Source: Alphaproteobacteria bacterium (GTDB taxonomy: Bacteria; Pseudomonadota; Alphaproteobacteria; UBA7887). Taken from it: a stretch of DNA of 64,000 nt. The stretch spans positions 544,001 to 608,000 of the forward strand of contig CBDCGL010000011.1 of assembly GCA_965216755.1 (NCBI GenBank). The letters are read 5' to 3'. Each line of letters begins with the position of its first letter. Position 1 is the first letter of the stretch. The translations under genes were made by a program, and so were the position numbers. Under the pieces are notes generated by a model. It ran no database searches. It was given only the letters and a program-made list of their open reading frames with translations, and was not told the origin of the DNA. This document shows, piece by piece, positions 1-9,767 of this stretch.

Positions 1-666
1 CTGATAGCCGCAGGGGACGGCTGGCATGTGGGCGTGCTTGGCCTCGCCGCCAGCCGTCTCACCGAACGCTATGGACGCCCCAGCATCGTTATCGGTTTTG
101 ACGGCGATGTCGGCAAAGGGTCCGCGCGGTCTGTCCCTGGCGTTGATATCGGTGCCGCGATCGTCGCCGCGCGTCAAGCGGGCACTCTGTCGAGTGGCGG
201 AGGCCACGTCATGGCGGCTGGGTTGTCTGTGATGCGTAATAATTTCGAAAAATTTGCCACTTACATCCAGAACCGCGTGGCGTCGCTGGCAACCCAAATA
301 GGGCCTCTGAGATTGGGATTGGACGGCGCGCTGGCGGTGCCGGGCGCGACGTCGGCGTTGATTGATTTGCTCGACAAGGCTGGGCCCTATGGGACCGGCA
401 ACCCGCAGCCCAGATTTTGTTTTGCCAATCTTAGAGTGACCCGCGCAGACATCGTTGGCGCTGAACACGTTCGTTGCACGCTTGCTGATGCCGCGGGGAC
501 CAAACTCAACGCGATCGCCTTTCGCAGTGCAAATTCGCAACTGGGCGCCGTTTTGCAGCAAAGCATTCAACGCCCCATACATGCTGCCGGCAAATTACAG
601 CGTGACAGGTGGCGCGGCCGGGGCGCCGTGCAACTAATTTTGGACGACATCGCTTACGCCGACTAA
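1..666 (+). CDS. recJ: Single-stranded-DNA exonuclease RecJ, C-terminal part (5' truncated by window)
   Basis: Frame is open from base 1. DHHA1 motifs GWHVGVLGLAASRL, GKGSARS and GGGHVMAAG; C-terminal GPYGTGNPQP and OB-like region. Confidence 0.93.
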   Translation: MIAAGDGWHVGVLGLAASRLTERYGRPSIVIGFDGDVGKGSARSVPGVDIGAAIVAARQAGTLSSGGGHVMAAGLSVMRNNFEKFATYIQNRVASLATQIGPLRLGLDGALAVPGATSALIDLLDKAGPYGTGNPQPRFCFANLRVTRADIVGAEHVRCTLADAAGTKLNAIAFRSANSQLGAVLQQSIQRPIHAAGKLQRDRWRGRGAVQLILDDIAYAD

Positions 667-742
667 CGGCCTACATTATCGCTTGGGTCGTTCTTCACTT
701 CGCGCGCGAATACCAGTAAATATCTGAAAGGACAGCACATAT

Positions 743-1807
743 ATGGCAGGTCAGGTAGCGTTGATTACCGGTGTCACGGGCCAAGATGGCGCGTATCTGG
801 CGGAACTCCTGTTGAACAAAGGTTACGAGGTGCACGGCATTAAACGCCGTTCTTCGTCATTCAATACGGGCCGGGTCGATCACCTCTATACGGATCCCCA
901 CGAGCAACCGAGCCGCTTCCGTCTGCATTTCGGTGACCTTACTGACGCGACCAATCTGATCCGGCTGATGCAGGAGATAAAGCCCAGTGAAGTGTACAAT
1001 TTGGGCGCCCAAAGCCATGTCCAAGTGAGCTTTGAAACGCCAGAATACACGGCCAACGCAGATGCACTGGGAACATTGCGCTTGCTCGAGGCGATACGGT
1101 TGCTCGGCATGGAAGAATCGTGCCGATTTTATCAGGCCTCGACGTCAGAGCTCTATGGCCTGGTCCAAGAAACGCCGCAACGGGAGACGACTCCCTTTTA
1201 TCCGCGCAGCCCATATGCCGCTGCAAAACTCTATGCCTATTGGATTTGCGTAAATTACCGCGAAGCCTATGGCATTCACGCGTCCAATGGGATTTTGTTC
1301 AATCATGAAAGTCCCTTACGGGGCGAAACCTTTGTGACGCGCAAGATCACCCGGGCCGTCGCCGGGATTCAGCTGGGGCTCCAAAAGCAGCTCTATTTGG
1401 GAAACCTCGACGCATCGCGCGATTGGGGCCACGCCAAGGATTATGTCGACGGGATGTGGATGATCTTGCAGCAACCGAAGCCGGATGATTATGTGCTGGC
1501 AACCGGTGAAACCCACACTGTTCGAGAGTTCGTCGAACTCGCTTTCAAGCAAGTTCAACGCACAATCGCGTGGCGCGGTCATGGTCCCGATGAAGAAGGT
1601 TATGACGAGAACAGCGGCGATGTGCTGGTCAAGATCGACGCGCGTTACTACCGACCCACCGAGGTTGATTTGCTGCTTGGCGACGCGCGCAAGGCGAATC
1701 AAGTGCTGGGATGGCGGCACAAGACCTTGTTTCAGGACCTGGTCGCTGAGATGGTGAGCGCCGATCTCAAACTCATGGCGGCGAACCCGCGTGTCGACAA
1801 CGAATAG
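743..1807 (+). CDS. gmd: GDP-mannose 4,6-dehydratase
   Basis: [52 protein letters not shown]; AAAGGA RBS upstream. Confidence 0.97.
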   Translation: MAGQVALITGVTGQDGAYLAELLLNKGYEVHGIKRRSSSFNTGRVDHLYTDPHEQPSRFRLHFGDLTDATNLIRLMQEIKPSEVYNLGAQSHVQVSFETPEYTANADALGTLRLLEAIRLLGMEESCRFYQASTSELYGLVQETPQRETTPFYPRSPYAAAKLYAYWICVNYREAYGIHASNGILFNHESPLRGETFVTRKITRAVAGIQLGLQKQLYLGNLDASRDWGHAKDYVDGMWMILQQPKPDDYVLATGETHTVREFVELAFKQVQRTIAWRGHGPDEEGYDENSGDVLVKIDARYYRPTEVDLLLGDARKANQVLGWRHKTLFQDLVAEMVSADLKLMAANPRVDNE

Positions 1808-1882
1808 TGAAGACGGTTTCGCCTGCGGCCGGCCGCTCGGTCGCGGGAGTCCCAGGTTCACAGCTAGTGAGGAGACGAGCAT

Positions 1883-2770
1883 ATGGAAACGCGTGTGCGC
1901 AAGGCGGTTTTTCCCGTTGGTGGCCTGGGAACGCGTTTCTTGCCGGCGACCAAATCGATGCCCAAAGAGATGTTGCCGGTGGTCGACAAACCCCTTATCC
2001 AATATGCCGTGGAAGAGGCGCAAGCTGCTGGAATTGAAGAGTTTATTTTCGTGACCGGACGTGGCAAGAACGCCATCGAGGACCATTTCGATCGCGTCTA
2101 TGAGCTTGAAGATACGTTGCGCGCCAAAGGCAAGACCGATGCGCTGGAATCCGCCAAGCAGTCACAGCTTCCCCCGGGGTCAATCGCCTACACGCGGCAA
2201 CAAGAGCCACTCGGCCTTGGGCACGCGGTGTGGTGCGCGCGGAACCTGATTGGCGACGAACCTTTCGCAATCTTGCTCGCCGACGATTTGGTCCTTTCCA
2301 CGATGCCGTGCCTTGCGCAGATGACGGCCGCCCACGCGGAGACAGGCGGCAATTTGGTGGCGGTCATGGATGTGCCACGCGAAATGACCAACCGCTACGG
2401 GATACTTGATGTGGGCGCCGAGACCGGGCGCATGGCTCAAGTGCGCGGGTTGGTCGAAAAACCCGATCCGCGCGATGCGCCGTCGACCCTGTCAATCATC
2501 GGCAGATACATTCTGCAACCACAGGTGTTTGACCATCTTTCCAAGCAGGAGCGGGGCTCGGGCAACGAAATCCAGCTGACCGACGCCATGGCGAAAATGA
2601 TCGGTGCCACCCCGTTCCATGGCTACCGTTTTGAAGGGCGCCGTTACGACTGCGGCAGCAAGGTGGGATTTCTCGAGGCGAATCTCGCCTTCGCACTTAA
2701 ACGGCCCGATATCCGTGACGACATGGCGGCGATTGTGTGTGATGCAGCGGCCGCAATTGTCGACGATTAA
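1883..2770 (+). CDS. galU: UTP-glucose-1-phosphate uridylyltransferase
   Basis: KAVFPVGGLGTRFLPATK.MPKEMLPVVDKP, VEKP, EIQLTDA; GAGGAG RBS. Confidence 0.96.
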   Translation: METRVRKAVFPVGGLGTRFLPATKSMPKEMLPVVDKPLIQYAVEEAQAAGIEEFIFVTGRGKNAIEDHFDRVYELEDTLRAKGKTDALESAKQSQLPPGSIAYTRQQEPLGLGHAVWCARNLIGDEPFAILLADDLVLSTMPCLAQMTAAHAETGGNLVAVMDVPREMTNRYGILDVGAETGRMAQVRGLVEKPDPRDAPSTLSIIGRYILQPQVFDHLSKQERGSGNEIQLTDAMAKMIGATPFHGYRFEGRRYDCGSKVGFLEANLAFALKRPDIRDDMAAIVCDAAAAIVDD

Positions 2771-2782
2771 AGGACGAACTCT

Positions 2783-4123
2783 ATGCGCATTGTGATGGTC
2801 GGCACTGGTTATGTTGGTTTGGTGTCAGGCGCCTGCTTTTCGGAATTTGGCGTGGAGGTCGTCTGTGTCGACAAGGACACCCGCAAAATCGAGGGGCTCA
2901 ATCGCGGACGTATTCCGATCTATGAGCCCGGCCTGGATACGTTGGTTGAAAAGAATGTCCGCGCCGATCGGCTGTCTTTTACCGACGATATCAAGGTTGC
3001 TCTCGACGGTGCCGACGCCGCGTTTATTGCGGTCGGAACGCCAAGCCGGCGGGGTGACGGACACGCCGATTTGACCTTTGTGGACGCGGCCGCGCAAGAG
3101 ATCGCTGCGGCCATGAACGGTCGTATGGTGATCGTCTCGAAATCAACGGTGCCTGTTGGGACCGCGAGCCGCTTGGAAGGCATAATCGCCGCGGCGCGCC
3201 CGGGCGCCGAGCCGGGCCGCGATTTTGACGTGGCCTCGAATCCTGAGTTTCTGCGCGAGGGGTCTGCGATCGAGGACTTTATGCGCCCGGACCGCGTGGT
3301 TTGTGGCGTCGCGTCCGAGCATGCGCGCGCGACGTTGAGCGCGCTCTATAGACCGTTGTTTTTGCGGGAGACGCCGATCATTTTCACGTCGCGCGAAACG
3401 GCGGAATTAACCAAATATGCAGCCAATGCTTTTCTTGCTACCAAAATCACGTTTATCAATGAAATGGCCGATTTGTGCGAGATGGTCGGTGCCAACGTCC
3501 AAGACGTTGCGCGCGGCATGGGCCTTGACGGACGCATAGGCAACAAGTTTCTGAACGCCGGACCTGGTTATGGTGGCAGCTGTTTTCCCAAGGACACGCT
3601 GGCGTTGGTGCGCACCGCGCAGGAATTTCAAGCGCCGAGCCGTATCGTCGAAGCCGTTGTTGCCGTAAATGAAGAACGTAAGCGTCGTATGGCCGAAAAG
3701 ATCATCGAGTCGTGTGGTGGATCGGTCGACGGCCAAAGGATTGGGGTGCTGGGTGTCACGTTCAAACCCAATACCGACGACATGCGCGACGCGCCCAGCC
3801 TGAGCATTTTGCCTATTTTGTCCGACGCCGGCGCATCCATCGTGGCCTACGATCCGGCGGGAATGAACGAGGCGCAATCCATAATCGAGAACGTTGATTG
3901 GGCAAATGACACCTACGCGGTCGCCGAAGGCGCGGATGCCCTGGTGATTCTTACCGAGTGGAACGAATTTCGTGCACTCGACTTGGCGCGGCTCAAACGA
4001 TTGATGCGACGCCCGCTGTTGATCGATCTGCGCAATATCTACACGGCTCGTGAGCTTGATGCGGCGGAATTCGCCTATGTCAGCATTGGCCGCTCGCCCG
4101 TTGGCTTAGAACGCCTAGATTGA
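2783..4123 (+). CDS. ugd: UDP-glucose 6-dehydrogenase
   Basis: GTGYVGL Rossmann motif, NPEFLREG, catalytic GYGGSCFPKD, FKPNTDD. Confidence 0.94.
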   Translation: MRIVMVGTGYVGLVSGACFSEFGVEVVCVDKDTRKIEGLNRGRIPIYEPGLDTLVEKNVRADRLSFTDDIKVALDGADAAFIAVGTPSRRGDGHADLTFVDAAAQEIAAAMNGRMVIVSKSTVPVGTASRLEGIIAAARPGAEPGRDFDVASNPEFLREGSAIEDFMRPDRVVCGVASEHARATLSALYRPLFLRETPIIFTSRETAELTKYAANAFLATKITFINEMADLCEMVGANVQDVARGMGLDGRIGNKFLNAGPGYGGSCFPKDTLALVRTAQEFQAPSRIVEAVVAVNEERKRRMAEKIIESCGGSVDGQRIGVLGVTFKPNTDDMRDAPSLSILPILSDAGASIVAYDPAGMNEAQSIIENVDWANDTYAVAEGADALVILTEWNEFRALDLARLKRLMRRPLLIDLRNIYTARELDAAEFAYVSIGRSPVGLERLD

Positions 4124-4136
4124 GGAACGCCGCCGC

Positions 4137-5525
4137 ATGACCGAAGCACGGACTTTGCACTCGCATACATTGCGCGAATATGACATTCGCGGCGTTGTCG
4201 GCGAGACGCTCAAAATCGATGATGCGCGTGCCATAGGGGCAGCGTTCGCCACGATAGTGGCGGATCGAATTCACGCCAATCCCGCCATTTGCCTTGGTTA
4301 TGACGGTCGTCTGACGTCCCCGGAACTGGCCAGTGCGTTGGAGAGCGGCATGATGGGGGCTGGCGCGCAAGTCACGAATGTCGGCTTGGGGCCAACGCCG
4401 ATGCTTTATTTCGCGGCCAAAACGTTGGCGGCCAGCGCTGGCATCATGGTTACGGGATCCCACAATCCACCGGATTTCAACGGCTTTAAGATGGTTTTGG
4501 ACGGCAGGCCGTTTTTTGGCGAGGATATTCAAGCGTTGGGTCGTGTGGCGGCCGCGGGCGAATTTGCCCAGGGTGCAGGGTCTCGTGCCGATCGACACAT
4601 CGAAGCTGACTATGTGGACCGATTGGTATCCGAGTATCGCGCGACGCGTGGCCTGACAATTGTTTGGGACCCGGGCAACGGTGCCGCCGGGCATGCCACC
4701 GAAGAGCTGGCGAAGCGGCTTCCTGGGCGCCATACCGTGATCAACGGACAGGTCGATGGCACTTTTCCCGCCCACCATCCCGATCCGACCGTTCCCGAGA
4801 ACCTTGTTCAGATTATCGAAGCAGTCCGGTCGTCCGGCGCCGACCTTGGCATTGCGTTTGACGGCGACGGCGATCGCATCGGTGTGGTTGACGGCGATGG
4901 TAGGATTTTGTGGGGCGACCAGATTTTGGCGTTGTTGGCGGCCGATGTTTTGGTCGATCTCCCCGGCGCGACCATTATTGCCGACGTAAAGGCCAGCCAG
5001 GCCCTTTTTGACGAGATCGCCGCGCGTGGCGGCGAGCCCTTGATGTGGAAAACCGGCCACTCGCCAATCAAGCAAAAGATGGTTGAAACAGGGGCACCGC
5101 TCGCCGGCGAGATGAGCGGCCACATCTTCTTTGCCGACCGCTATTATGGCTATGACGATGCGCTTTACGCAGCGGTGCGCCTGCTTGATTTGACAGCGCG
5201 GTCGGACCGAACATTGGCCCAGATGCGCGACGCCTTGCCGAAGAAGGTGAACACGCCCGAACTTCGCTTCCCCTGCGCGGATACGGAGAAATTCAAAATC
5301 GTCGCCGATGTCCGTACGCGCCTCGAGGCGCGTGGTGCGACGCTGTCAGCTGTCGACGGCGTCCGCGTCACCACCGACGACGGTTGGTGGCTTCTCCGCG
5401 CTTCGAATACTCAGCCGGTGTTGGTGGCCCGCTGCGAAGCCGCGGATGATGCGGGTCTCGGACGGCTGAAAGCGGCTTTGAGCGCGACTTTGCGCGAGAG
5501 TGGTGTGGAGCCGCCGACAATATAG
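4137..5525 (+). CDS. Phosphomannomutase/phosphoglucomutase (AlgC/ExoC family)
   Basis: YDIRG, TGSHNP phosphoserine loop, FDGDGDR metal loop, GEMSGH, RASNTQP. Confidence 0.95.
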   Translation: MTEARTLHSHTLREYDIRGVVGETLKIDDARAIGAAFATIVADRIHANPAICLGYDGRLTSPELASALESGMMGAGAQVTNVGLGPTPMLYFAAKTLAASAGIMVTGSHNPPDFNGFKMVLDGRPFFGEDIQALGRVAAAGEFAQGAGSRADRHIEADYVDRLVSEYRATRGLTIVWDPGNGAAGHATEELAKRLPGRHTVINGQVDGTFPAHHPDPTVPENLVQIIEAVRSSGADLGIAFDGDGDRIGVVDGDGRILWGDQILALLAADVLVDLPGATIIADVKASQALFDEIAARGGEPLMWKTGHSPIKQKMVETGAPLAGEMSGHIFFADRYYGYDDALYAAVRLLDLTARSDRTLAQMRDALPKKVNTPELRFPCADTEKFKIVADVRTRLEARGATLSAVDGVRVTTDDGWWLLRASNTQPVLVARCEAADDAGLGRLKAALSATLRESGVEPPTI

Positions 5526-5584
5526 GCGCGACATGGGCGGCCGGGTGCAATCAGTGCCGCGGTGCAGGGAAAGGACATGGAACC

Positions 5585-6340
5585 ATGGCGACACAGGCCA
5601 CTAACGTTGATGCCGTAACTGCTCTCGATGCAATCAGTGCCGCCATGCCTATTGCTTTCGAGACCGTTGGGGTTGCAGGTGCGGTCGGTTTGGTCATCGT
5701 TGATGAGGTCAACGGATTTGCGACGGTCGGCGCGGGGAATTTGGCACCGGCCCAGCAAAATGACCAAGTCGATCGCATGATCTTGGAAACGGACCGACTG
5801 GCGCGCGCGTTCGCCGAACGACAGCAGGCAATTCTGGCTTTTTTGGACACGCACGAGCCCGGTATGCCGGAGCCACCCTATCCGTCCCATTGTGAAGCTG
5901 GGACGGGCGAGGAGGATTTGGTGCCCGCGCTGGCTTGGCTGGCAACCTGCCCGCAGGCAACCTTGGTGCGGAAAGACTGTATCAACGGATTTGTCGGCGC
6001 TATCGACGCCACCAGTGGGCGCAATGGGGTGGTCGACTGGGTCAATGCAGGCGCATTGGAGACGGTTTTGGTCGTCGGCATATGTACGGATATCTGTGTG
6101 ATGGATTTTGTGCTGACATTGCTGTCAGCGCGTAATCACGGCCTGATGCCAGCCTTGCGTGACGTTGTCGTATATGAACCCGGTTGCGCGACATATGACT
6201 TGAGCAGCGGCGTCGCGGAAAGCCTGGGATTGCCCAAGACGGCGATTCACCCGCAGCAGGCGACCCATCATATGGGGCTGTATTTCATGCAGTCGCGCGG
6301 CGCGCGGTTGGCGAGTGGTTACAATTGGGGCGCAAACTGA
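5585..6340 (+). CDS. Nicotinamidase, isochorismatase superfamily (plant NIC1-like)
   Basis: Asp-Lys-Cys triad in IVDEVNGF, RKDCING and GICTDIC; metal ligands in D-T-H and HC. Confidence 0.8.
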   Translation: MATQATNVDAVTALDAISAAMPIAFETVGVAGAVGLVIVDEVNGFATVGAGNLAPAQQNDQVDRMILETDRLARAFAERQQAILAFLDTHEPGMPEPPYPSHCEAGTGEEDLVPALAWLATCPQATLVRKDCINGFVGAIDATSGRNGVVDWVNAGALETVLVVGICTDICVMDFVLTLLSARNHGLMPALRDVVVYEPGCATYDLSSGVAESLGLPKTAIHPQQATHHMGLYFMQSRGARLASGYNWGAN

Positions 6341-6445
6341 CCGCGCGTATAGAGTACGAGCGCATCGCACGCGCTCAGGTTCTTCGCGCATGCAGCAATC
6401 CGCTGATCCATATCGGCCGGATTGCAACGACGGTTAATTGACAGG

Positions 6446-7771
6446 TTATAGGTCTGATCGGTTGGTCGGCGCGATCAACAGCTTCGGTGGCGCCACCATG
6501 CACGGTACCTTGGCACCTTCCAAGATAGAGCAGGCGCTGCGGGCTTCGGACTCATCCATGCCCGTATATCGGGCTCTGAACAACGTCCCAAACTTATCCT
6601 TGTCGGCAAGGATCACCGGGCTCGAGGCCGCGATCAGTTGGGGAAGGGCTGACGCCGCTTGGTCGAGGGCTGTCCGTGCCGCGTCTTGGCGTGAGAATGC
6701 GCCGACTTGGATGCCCCAGAGTCCCACAGTTTCAAGATCACCAGCCTGGGCGGACGGGATCCGAACATAGTTGGTGATGGCGGCGCCGACAGCGACGGCG
6801 GCCTGTTCAAACTCAGCTGTGAAGCGCGACGCTGATGCTTCCACCGACGTCGCCCCTGGTTTCGGGATCGGTCGGGCGATGCTTTTCAGTCCCAAAGCCG
6901 CTTCCAACAATTGCGGGCGCGCGGTCCCCGGTTTCCGCACGGGCCGTCCGACTTGGGCCATCATTTGGTCCCGGCGCGCCAACGACGCGAAACCACGGTC
7001 CAGCAAGCGGCGCATTTGTCGATCGCGAGATCGGCCCGATTTTCCGCCCAACACGACGGCCACCAGATGGTGGTCGCCACGCGCGACCGAGGCGGCAAGG
7101 TTGTAGCCTGAGGCCCGCGTATAGCCGGTCTTTATGCCATTTGTGCCCTTGTATCGGCCCAGCAGGTTGTTGTGATTCCGGTAGGTGCGGCCACGAAATG
7201 TGAACTTACGGACCGAAAAGAAGTCGATGTATTGAGGGAAGTCGCGAAACAGAGCACGCGCCAATATACTCACGTCATAGGCTGTTGTGAGCTGACCTCT
7301 ATTCGGCAGTCCCGAGGCATTTCTGAATGTCGTCTTAGACATGCCAAGTGCGCGTGCCCGATCGGTCATCATCTTTGCGAACCATTGCTCATTGTCGCCG
7401 AGCGCCTCGGCCACGACGGTTGCCACATCGTTGGCAGATTTGGTCGCCAGGGCCAGAATCGCATTGCGTACCGAGATAGTTTCGCCAGCGCGCAAGCCAA
7501 GCTTCGACGGTGGCTGGCCAGCCGCCTTTCGCGTTACCTTGAGTTTAGTGTCCATGGTCAAATCGCCGCGCTCCAGCGCTTCGAACACCATGAACAGCGT
7601 CATCATTTTGGTTAATGACGCTGGGTAATTTCGCGTGTGCGCATTGGTCTGTCGCAACACAACGCCCGATCGCACATCGATTACATAGTCTGCGTAGCCC
7701 GCTTGTGCCCCGTGTTCAAGCGGTAGGATCACAGACAAGAAAACCAAAAGAATTAACCCGCGCCCTAACAT
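6446..7771 (-). CDS. D-alanyl-D-alanine carboxypeptidase (peptidase S11) with C-terminal SPOR domain
   Basis: Signal peptide; PASLTK (SxxK), SAN (SxN) and KTG motifs; C-terminal WGIQVGAFS SPOR-like repeat. Confidence 0.92.
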   Translation of the reverse strand: MLGRGLILLVFLSVILPLEHGAQAGYADYVIDVRSGVVLRQTNAHTRNYPASLTKMMTLFMVFEALERGDLTMDTKLKVTRKAAGQPPSKLGLRAGETISVRNAILALATKSANDVATVVAEALGDNEQWFAKMMTDRARALGMSKTTFRNASGLPNRGQLTTAYDVSILARALFRDFPQYIDFFSVRKFTFRGRTYRNHNNLLGRYKGTNGIKTGYTRASGYNLAASVARGDHHLVAVVLGGKSGRSRDRQMRRLLDRGFASLARRDQMMAQVGRPVRKPGTARPQLLEAALGLKSIARPIPKPGATSVEASASRFTAEFEQAAVAVGAAITNYVRIPSAQAGDLETVGLWGIQVGAFSRQDAARTALDQAASALPQLIAASSPVILADKDKFGTLFRARYTGMDESEARSACSILEGAKVPCMVAPPKLLIAPTNRSDL

Positions 7772-8410
7772 GCCCGTACTCAGTTCTATTTTTCTGCAGG
7801 TTCTTGTTTGTCCGTTGAGAATGATTGGACGTGTTCAATCTTGCCTTCGCGACATCTCCATTTTCCCCGAAAAAAGTCTCTTTATCTATACGGATCTATC
7901 ACGACTCTGTAAAGACTTTATAAAAATGAAGGTTGTTGAAAAGGTCATCAGCTTTTGAGCCAATTTATTACTTACGTACCGCAATCGTAGTTTGTGCGTA
8001 CGCAATTTCAGCTATGTTTCGTTTGTGAAACATTTTGGCGCGTTTGTAGAAACCTACGATTTTCGTGACTTTTTTGACACAGTCTTAGTGGGCGGGATGC
8101 GACGACTGGGTGCGGTCGCCTTGGTCGTGAACGAATCATTACGTTTGATACCGGCTTTGAAACGGCACGAAAGACACGTTGAAAGCCACAGAGGCGCTTG
8201 CCGAGGATCCGATATTGCGACGGTTAATTGGCTTCCAGTCAGTCGGCGCTCCCGAGCTTGCGGTTTGGATCGTGACGCGCCGCCGTTTGTGCAAAGCGCC
8301 AAGCCGTTTGAATACCGGCGGAGCCGAGGTCTAATGGCGAAGCGGCGCAGTCGAGAATTCGGCCTGTGCCCTGCGAACTTGGATGCCAAAACAAGCCCCG
8401 ACGTATTTGC

Positions 8411-8422
8411 TGCGGCGCACAA
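8411..8422 (+). promoter_or_regulatory. Putative PhaR operator 1 (TGCGGCGCACAA)
   Basis: Matches the TGCRNYGCASMA PhaR-type box recalled from rhizobia; lies just upstream of the -35 of the phasin promoter. Confidence 0.6.
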
Positions 8423-8428
8423 TAATCC

Positions 8429-8458
8429 CTTGACAGGCGCTGCTCTCGGCCCCTATAT
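8429..8458 (+). promoter_or_regulatory. Sigma70-type promoter of the phasin gene (CTTGAC-N18-CTATAT)
   Basis: Both hexamers match the alphaproteobacterial RpoD consensus CTTGAC...CTATAT; about 130 bp upstream of the ATG. Confidence 0.7.
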
Positions 8459-8470
8459 CATGACCGTTGT

Positions 8471-8482
8471 TGCAGTGCAGCA
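8471..8482 (+). promoter_or_regulatory. Putative PhaR operator 2 (TGCAGTGCAGCA)
   Basis: Matches TGCRNYGCASMA; lies just downstream of the predicted transcription start. Confidence 0.65.
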
Positions 8483-8588
8483 AAACCCGCGGCGGGAACA
8501 ATAACGGACCGCGCGGGCCGAGACGTTCACGGGCGACAGTTGCAACCGAACGCGGTTGCTTGCGACGGCCCATGGGAGTGCAGGGTTT

Positions 8589-9062
8589 ATGTCTGAGGCA
8601 AAGGAAACCAAAACGCGGACGCCGGCGAAACCGGCGGTCGGGACCGCGTCGTCCAAGACTGGCGCGGCAAATGTCATGGAGAACGTTATGAAGAATGGTA
8701 CCGAGAACTGGGCGAACCAATACGAAAAAATGATCGCGTACGGCAACGGCAACGTTGAAGCGATGGTGAAAGCCAGCGAGATCGCCGCGAATGGCTTTGG
8801 TGAAATCACCCAGGCAGTTATGTCATACGTAAAAGCGCAGATGGACGAGGGCGCGGCGGCGTCGCGTGCGATCATGGGTGCCAAAGACGCGCATGCCATG
8901 GTCGAAGCTCAGAACGAGAATTTCCGTAAGTTTTTCGATCTCTGGATGAACGAGAACAAGAAAATCTCGGAAATGTCATACAAGACCATGTCCGAGGCTT
9001 GGGCGCCGATCACCGAGCGCGTGAACAGCGCGACGGACACGTGGAGCAAGCCGGTGTCCTAA
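8589..9062 (+). CDS. phaP: Phasin (PHA granule-associated protein)
   Basis: Helical Phasin_2-like core (GNVEAMVKAS...EAWAPITERV) with a Lys/Ala/Pro-rich N-terminus; conserved position between dacA and clpS; PhaR-type boxes upstream. Start taken at ATG 8589. Confidence 0.8.
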   Translation: MSEAKETKTRTPAKPAVGTASSKTGAANVMENVMKNGTENWANQYEKMIAYGNGNVEAMVKASEIAANGFGEITQAVMSYVKAQMDEGAAASRAIMGAKDAHAMVEAQNENFRKFFDLWMNENKKISEMSYKTMSEAWAPITERVNSATDTWSKPVS

Positions 9063-9089
9063 GACCCGATTTCACGGCCCCGAGAGACG

Positions 9090-9122
9090 AAGCCCGGTAG
9101 GAATGCGCCGGGCTTTTTTTTG
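9090..9122 (+). terminator. Rho-independent terminator after phasin
   Basis: AAGCCCGG...CCGGGCTT stem followed by a T run. Confidence 0.88.
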
Positions 9123-9386
9123 GCACGATTCATAGCCGAAAAATGGGGCAGACGGACTGCCGCGGCGCAGCCGGCAGCGCGCACCGCGGAGAAACGCTCG
9201 GATTGGGATTGTGTTGATTTCACCCGCCGATTTGCGTGCGTTGGTGCTATTGCGAGTCGCGCACCGGCAAACACTTTGTCAAGCCTTTAACTTGTTGGTG
9301 CAAATTCGATATTATCTATGCGTAAGAGAGCGGCTATCACGGCTGGCACGCGTTCGGTATGGTGGGTTTCCAGAAATGTTTGCGCA

Positions 9387-9710
9387 ATGAGTGACGACCG
9401 AGATCGGGACAATCGTCCAGGTACCAGCGTTGTCACCAGGACAAAAGCGAAGGCCAAAAAGCCTTCAATGTATAAGGTCCTGATGTTGAACGACGACTAC
9501 ACGCCGATGGAGTTCGTTGTTTACTGCTTGGAAAGATTCTTCCAGAAGAGCCGCGAGGAGGCGACGCGTATCATGCTTCACGTGCACCAAAAAGGCGTCG
9601 GCATTTGTGGCGTATTTTCTTATGAAGTGGCTGAAACCAAAGTGACACAGGTGATGGAGTTTGCCCGGCAGAATCAGCATCCACTGCAGTGTACATTGGA
9701 AAAGGAATGA
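9387..9710 (+). CDS. clpS: ATP-dependent Clp protease adaptor ClpS
   Basis: [38 protein letters not shown]; start taken at ATG 9387. Confidence 0.96.
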   Translation: MSDDRDRDNRPGTSVVTRTKAKAKKPSMYKVLMLNDDYTPMEFVVYCLERFFQKSREEATRIMLHVHQKGVGICGVFSYEVAETKVTQVMEFARQNQHPLQCTLEKE

Positions 9711-9767
9711 CCCTTATTCGGCTCAATCGTCGGCAATTGAAGCCGCGCCAAATGTTTAGGTCTCGCA

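Noticed and set aside
667-742. Possible tRNA downstream of recJ
   Set aside because: No cloverleaf, T-loop motif or CCA end is visible; the gap is taken up by the gmd upstream region.
7992-8504. 170-aa ORF (and antisense 8054-8422) in the dacA-phasin gap
   Set aside because: TTG start, no RBS, no motifs, and it runs over the phasin promoter and operators.
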